Below the pieces are notes generated by a model. It had not been told where the DNA came from. It worked only from the letters and a program-made list of their open reading frames with translations, and made no database searches. The translations under genes were made by a program, and so were the position numbers. This document shows, one piece after another, positions 27,449 to 32,000 of a DNA stretch of 32,000 nucleotides (position 1 is its first letter; each line of letters begins with the position of its first letter). The DNA lies in assembly GCA_038889235.1 (NCBI GenBank), contig JAWAHN010000001.1:150001-182000 (forward strand), read 5' to 3'. The stretch is from Candidatus Jordarchaeales archaeon (lineage in GTDB: Archaea > Asgardarchaeota > Jordiarchaeia > Jordiarchaeales > Freyrarchaeaceae).

Positions 27449-28102
27449 TTGGACGAAGAAACTAGGAAGGTTGGTTTAGAGATTATCAGGGTTGCCAGGG
27501 AGATGCTCAAGAGTGGTTTAGTGGAGGGAACAGCGGGCAACGTGAGCGCTAGGGTTGGCGACGACAAGGTCCTCATAACGCCCACTTCAATGGACTACAT
27601 GGAGATGGAGGTTGAGGACCTTGTCCTGCTCGACTTAGACGGAAACGTACTGGAGGGTAAGAGGCAGCCGTCGAGCGAGAAACCTATGCACCTTAAGGTT
27701 TACAGGGTTAGAGATGATGTGAAGGCGATAATGCACACTCACTCGCTTTACGCGTCCATCCTAGCCGTTTTAAGGAAGCCGCTGCCCCCGCTGATCGAAG
27801 AGTTCCTGTTCAAGTTTGGTGGAACGATAGAAGTTGCAGAGTATGGCATGACTGGGACGGAAGAGCTGGCTGAAAACGCTGTTAAGGCCCTTGGAAACAA
27901 GGCGGCCGTCCTACTAGCAAACCACGGGGCGCTCTGCTGCGGGAAGAGCCCGGCTCACGTTCTCGAGCTGGCGAAGGGCCTTGAAAGGATGGCGAAAATA
28001 TACGTTATAGCGTCAATCCTTGGAGAACCACACCCGCTGCCGGAGAAAATTCTGAGGGATGGGGTGGCGATCTACGAAATTTTCAGAAAGACAAAAAAGT
28101 AG
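27449..28102 (+). CDS. Class II aldolase/adducin family (FucA-like)
   Basis: EGTAGNVSAR, PSSEKPMH, MHTHS and LLANHG zinc-binding motifs. Confidence 0.9.
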   Translation: MDEETRKVGLEIIRVAREMLKSGLVEGTAGNVSARVGDDKVLITPTSMDYMEMEVEDLVLLDLDGNVLEGKRQPSSEKPMHLKVYRVRDDVKAIMHTHSLYASILAVLRKPLPPLIEEFLFKFGGTIEVAEYGMTGTEELAENAVKALGNKAAVLLANHGALCCGKSPAHVLELAKGLERMAKIYVIASILGEPHPLPEKILRDGVAIYEIFRKTKK

Positions 28103-28103
28103 G

Positions 28104-28118
28104 CCCCTTCGAGAGGGG
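28104..28118. terminator. Hairpin between convergent genes
   Basis: cccct-tcgag-agggg between the aldolase and HAD stops. Confidence 0.3.
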
Positions 28119-28132
28119 AACGCACTTCATCC

Positions 28133-28807
28133 CTATTTTTGTTGGAGAACATGTATTTTCTCTTCTAGCTCTGCCACGTGACTTACTGTGAGGTCAACTA
28201 GGGGGGAGTTTGTTTGTTTTTCCTCACTTACGAGAACTGTTTTCATTCCGAGGCCCTTTGCAGGGGCGAGGTCTGAAGTTACTATGTCGCCAACCATCAC
28301 TACTTCTTCTGGGCGGACCTCCAATTCTTTAATGACTTTTGTGAAAGCTGACGGGTGCGGTTTTAGGTGCTCTAGTTCGTCAGCAGTCAAAACTACGTCG
28401 AAAAGTTCCTCGCTTAAGCCTAGGGCCTTGAAAACGCCGAGCAAGCTTCTACGGCTGAGGTTAGTCAGGATGGCGAGCTTAAAGCTCTTTTTCAACTCCT
28501 TCAGCGCAGACACCAGTCTAGGATCTGGGTTGACATGCTTGATCGGATCCACGGACTCTATGGCCTTGTAGAACTCTTCCCGAGTTAGTCCAAGTCTTTC
28601 GGCTATCAAGGTGGATGGGGGGCGCTGGTCGTACCCCTCTTTTCTGAGCTCGACTATGACGCGCTTCACTTCTTTTAGCAGGGACTCGCCGTCCAGTCCC
28701 CTCTTCTCAGAGACGAGCTTCAAAACTTGGTTGCGGTAGGCGTCCGTCAGACTCTTGGACCTAAAAAGAGTTCCTTCGACGTCAAACACCAACGCCTTTA
28801 TCGGCAA
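28133..28807 (-). CDS. HAD-superfamily hydrolase (subfamily IA)
   Basis: FDVEGTL, AILTN, KPHP and VGDIVTSDL motifs. The start is placed at TTG 28807. Confidence 0.85.
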   Translation of the reverse strand: MPIKALVFDVEGTLFRSKSLTDAYRNQVLKLVSEKRGLDGESLLKEVKRVIVELRKEGYDQRPPSTLIAERLGLTREEFYKAIESVDPIKHVNPDPRLVSALKELKKSFKLAILTNLSRRSLLGVFKALGLSEELFDVVLTADELEHLKPHPSAFTKVIKELEVRPEEVVMVGDIVTSDLAPAKGLGMKTVLVSEEKQTNSPLVDLTVSHVAELEEKIHVLQQK

Positions 28808-28947
28808 CTTAATCCCCCCAGCCGTTAAACGGACAGGAGATAAAAACTTTCTGGGAGGTTGCACTAGAGGAGTCACAATTAGGTGTCCGGCCGGAAAGTG
28901 AAGGTTCCAAGCTAAAATCTTTTATGTAGCTTTCTCGCCTTCATTTC

Positions 28948-29850
28948 TTGGAGGGTGGAGTGTTGAGGAGGCTGGAGTTAACCTTCACTAGTGGTGGGCT
29001 TAAGTGTTCTGGGTGGCTTTTCCTCCCGGAGGGAGCGAGAAAACCCCCGGTCGTGGTTATGGCTCACGGCTTCGCAGCTGAGAAAGTCTTCCGCCTTCCG
29101 GCGTACGCTGAGAATTTTTGCGCGGAGGGGTTAGCGGTCTTTTTGTTCGACTACAGGCACTTCGGTGAAAGTGAGGGGCTGCCAAGGAACCTTGTGAGCG
29201 TTAAAAGGCAGCTGGAGGACTGGAGGAGCGCTCTTGAATATGTTCGAAGCTTAAAAGAGGTTGACGGCGAGCGGGTGGCGCTTTGGGGGACGTCTTTTAG
29301 CGGGGGACACGTCTTAGTCACAGCAGCCCAAGATCAAAAAGTTTCAGCGGTCGTAGCGCAGGTTCCTTTCGTAGATGGATTGGCGACAGCGTCTTACCTT
29401 GGATTAGGATTTGTCTTGAAAGCAACAGTTCACGGTCTAATGGACGCTGTGGCGTCCACTCTCGGTAGGGTTCATTACGTGCCGGTAGTATCAGACCCAG
29501 ACAAGTTTGCAATCATGAACACCCCTGGGTCGAAGGAGGGCTACCTCTCTCTCATACCCGAAGGCTCGTCGTGGAAGAACGAGTGCCCCGCTAGAATACT
29601 CCTATCGATACCATTCTACAGGCCTGTGAGATATGCGTCCAAGATAAAGTGCCCAGTCTTGATACTCTACGCCGAAAAGGACTCGTTGATCCCGCCGGAA
29701 GCGGTCAGGAAGACAGCTAGCAAGATAAGAAACGTCAAGGTAGTATGCCTCGACGTAGGACACTTCGACGTGTACTTCGACCCAGTATTCAGCGAAACCA
29801 CAAAAATAGAAACCGAATTTCTAAAAGAAAATCTAGAAAAGCGTAGTTAA
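28948..29850 (+). CDS. Alpha/beta-fold hydrolase (peptidase S15/S9-like)
   Basis: VVMAHGF, FDYRHFGESEG, nucleophile elbow WGTSFSGGH, EKDSLIP and GHFDVY. Confidence 0.85.
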   Translation: MEGGVLRRLELTFTSGGLKCSGWLFLPEGARKPPVVVMAHGFAAEKVFRLPAYAENFCAEGLAVFLFDYRHFGESEGLPRNLVSVKRQLEDWRSALEYVRSLKEVDGERVALWGTSFSGGHVLVTAAQDQKVSAVVAQVPFVDGLATASYLGLGFVLKATVHGLMDAVASTLGRVHYVPVVSDPDKFAIMNTPGSKEGYLSLIPEGSSWKNECPARILLSIPFYRPVRYASKIKCPVLILYAEKDSLIPPEAVRKTASKIRNVKVVCLDVGHFDVYFDPVFSETTKIETEFLKENLEKRS

Positions 29851-30409
29851 GCAACTGATGCCACCCAAAACTCTAAAGAGAACAATGCATTACACGACTT
29901 ACCGCTCTAAAAGTGAGCTCAAAAGCTTCCAAATCCTCTTGCTACGAATAAAAAATAACGCTCAAAAATAGAAACGTTACAAAAAGTTGGACAATTATTC
30001 AGCTCGGAACCTTACATCAAAAATACTCAACATAAAAGATGATCCCATGTGGATGATTGACGCATCGAAAAGAAGCATTTTTGAATGTATAAAGGTTGCG
30101 TGTTGAGAGCGGATAGGCAACTGAACACATCAGCAAGTATATAACTTCAAAAGAGCTTTTAAGCCAAAAGTTCTTCGACAAACTCATGAAAATAAGGGAG
30201 GACACCCTTGACAGAGGAGAGATTGACGATTTTCCTGGTAAAGACTGATGAATCCAACATTTGTTCTATTAAAGCTGATAACATAGACCATGGGAAAAGG
30301 AAAACGGGGAGGGAAACGTATAATCCACAACATCACCCTACCCCGCTAAGAAGGGGGGATAAGAAAAAAGAGTCACGCTTCCAAAGTAGCTTTGCTGCGA
30401 TAATTCCTC

Positions 30410-31186
30410 CTATGCTTTTTTCCTGTGAGAAGCCCACTGCATGAAAGCATCCATGTTTCTCTCAACTGAACGACGTCCTTCATAAACCCAGAAGAATAGG
30501 CCACCTAACATTGGACATGTAAAAGCTATGCTTATAACGAGCGGGATGGTAGGAATATAGGAGACTACCCCAACGGGGGCGGCTGAGGGGAAAGCACTTA
30601 GTGGAGTGAAGGGTAAGAGGAGAGCTGGATCGCCTATCCTAGTAAGTACGTAGTGAAGCAGAGGTGGAAGCACTATGATGCTAGTTGTATGGGATACCGT
30701 GGTGAGTTGCATAATGTAAACAAAGATAACTGCCATTGTTGAGTAGCCTGTTATCCAGAATCCAAGTGTTTCTAGTATTCTCCATCGCTGGCGCAGTGGC
30801 ACATGCGGACCGATGATGAACCTGATAAATTCTACTGCATTTGAGGCAGCATCACGGAGAGAGTAACCATGCGCAGAGAATGACAACATGAAGGCGGTGA
30901 TAATGTTAAGCGGAAGCAGGAGCACTGACAGAATGAGGCCAGTCAACGAAACCATAAGCTTAGTGGCCCAGCCCCATGTGACAAAGTCATAAACGCCCAC
31001 AGCACTAACGAAAACATACGCACTCTCATTATTAATTAAAATAGAAGGAAGGAAAACACCAACCGGAATAACTGGTGTCAAACACAATTTAATACCAAAC
31101 AGAAAAATCACCATGAAATAGGATACCAAAAAAATTGGGGGAAGAAAATATAATGCCCGTAAAGCCACATGAGACCACCTTGTCAT
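30410..31186 (-). CDS. Hypothetical multi-pass membrane protein
   Basis: 258-aa ORF with several hydrophobic segments and a basic C-terminus; low GC; no family recognised. Confidence 0.6.
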   Translation of the reverse strand: MTRWSHVALRALYFLPPIFLVSYFMVIFLFGIKLCLTPVIPVGVFLPSILINNESAYVFVSAVGVYDFVTWGWATKLMVSLTGLILSVLLLPLNIITAFMLSFSAHGYSLRDAASNAVEFIRFIIGPHVPLRQRWRILETLGFWITGYSTMAVIFVYIMQLTTVSHTTSIIVLPPLLHYVLTRIGDPALLLPFTPLSAFPSAAPVGVVSYIPTIPLVISIAFTCPMLGGLFFWVYEGRRSVERNMDAFMQWASHRKKA

Positions 31187-31201
31187 TATGCGACACCTCC
31201 T

Positions 31202-31996
31202 TTATAGGTAATATGGAAAAATCCAGACCTCATTACCCCAACACCAAGTATATGATTTTATTGTGTTTGCAACGAGACCAGCACTATACGAGTTTATTGG
31301 AAGCTCCGGAACTGCATTTCTCCACTCGCCACTAGGCCAGACGAACCAAAACGAGATGGTCGACAATAACCAGAAGAAGGGGTTCGACGGATACAGGTAA
31401 TGAACTTTCAAGACAAGTTTTACTCCGTAATTATTGCCCTGCATATAAGCTGCTATACTTCTCTCAAGGGCTAAGTTTGCCTCGTACCTTAACTTGGCAA
31501 TAATCTCAGCGGTAATCAGACCAGCGAGAGCACCTGCCACGGCGCCTGGAAGATTTCCGGCTTTAGAGGCCAGAGCAGCTCCTAGAATACCGCTTATTAC
31601 AATGGCTACAGCCCCATATGAATCTAACAAGTAATTAATATAGTAAACGAAGGCTGTGGCTTCAAAGAATGGTGTTCCATTTACTTCTATGAAGTGGGGT
31701 GCTCTTATGTGTAGGTATACGTCTTCCCCGAAATTCACCCAGCCCCATGGCCAAATGGGGGCGATCAAGGGGAAAGCGCTAACTGAAATGTATGGGTCTA
31801 TAACCTCGCTGTTCGCATAAACTGTTATTTTACATAGTTTTAGTGTTTTTCCGTCTTTATTTAGTTCATATGTCTTGTAGTTGCATGGCCAGCATGTTCC
31901 GTTTATTTCTATTGTGCCATTCCAATCTGCGATAATAGTTCCGTACTTGACTGCTTCTTCTATTTCTTCATCTGTTAGACAGGCTTGCTCAGCCAT
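31202..31996 (-). CDS. Hypothetical protein with a glycine-zipper-like hydrophobic hairpin (probably 5' partial)
   Basis: The frame stays open to the window edge. It contains GAVAIVISGILGAALASKAGNLPGAVAGALAGLITAEII in an otherwise aromatic, beta-rich sequence. Confidence 0.65.
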   Translation of the reverse strand: MAEQACLTDEEIEEAVKYGTIIADWNGTIEINGTCWPCNYKTYELNKDGKTLKLCKITVYANSEVIDPYISVSAFPLIAPIWPWGWVNFGEDVYLHIRAPHFIEVNGTPFFEATAFVYYINYLLDSYGAVAIVISGILGAALASKAGNLPGAVAGALAGLITAEIIAKLRYEANLALERSIAAYMQGNNYGVKLVLKVHYLYPSNPFFWLLSTISFWFVWPSGEWRNAVPELPINSYSAGLVANTIKSYTWCWGNEVWIFPYYL

Positions 31997-32000
31997 AAGG

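Noticed and set aside
27449-28102. Calling the aldolase MtnB (methylthioribulose-1-phosphate dehydratase)
   Set aside because: The N-terminal motif is GTAGNVSAR (FucA-like) rather than the MtnB-type GWxxGTGG.
10-30444. Numerous short overlapping ORFs in the six-frame track (e.g. 1274-1699, 5219-5965, 25177-25611)
   Set aside because: They are antisense or alternate-frame shadows of well-supported genes.

Overview
Archaeal chromosomal window, most likely from a thermophilic Asgard archaeon. This is inferred from single-pass surface glycoproteins with a cytoplasmic longin/roadblock-like domain, frequent TTG/GTG starts with GGTG/GGAGG ribosome-binding sites, and E/K/R-rich proteins. Left third: large N-glycosylated surface proteins, including a tandem paralog pair. 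One copy is intact (5548-8409). The other is broken by about 7 single-base indels (8622-11385). The two copies share a 100% identical 111-bp block that directly adjoins a low-GC variable extracellular module. Middle: a complete corrinoid methyl-transfer operon (corrinoid protein, URO-D-family methyltransferase, MFS transporter, MtrH-like methyltransferase, RACo activator) with an RHH regulator and palindromic sites, a VapBC pair, and WOR5-like tungsten oxidoreductase subunits in a convergent arrangement. Right third: a tandem-repeat coiled-coil protein, a YoaD/YoaC-like dehydrogenase and FGGY kinase followed by a class II aldolase, a HAD hydrolase, an alpha/beta hydrolase, and an AT-rich orphan pair at the window edge. 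No rRNA, tRNA, CRISPR array or transposase was found. All family assignments come from motif recognition by eye; no searches were run.
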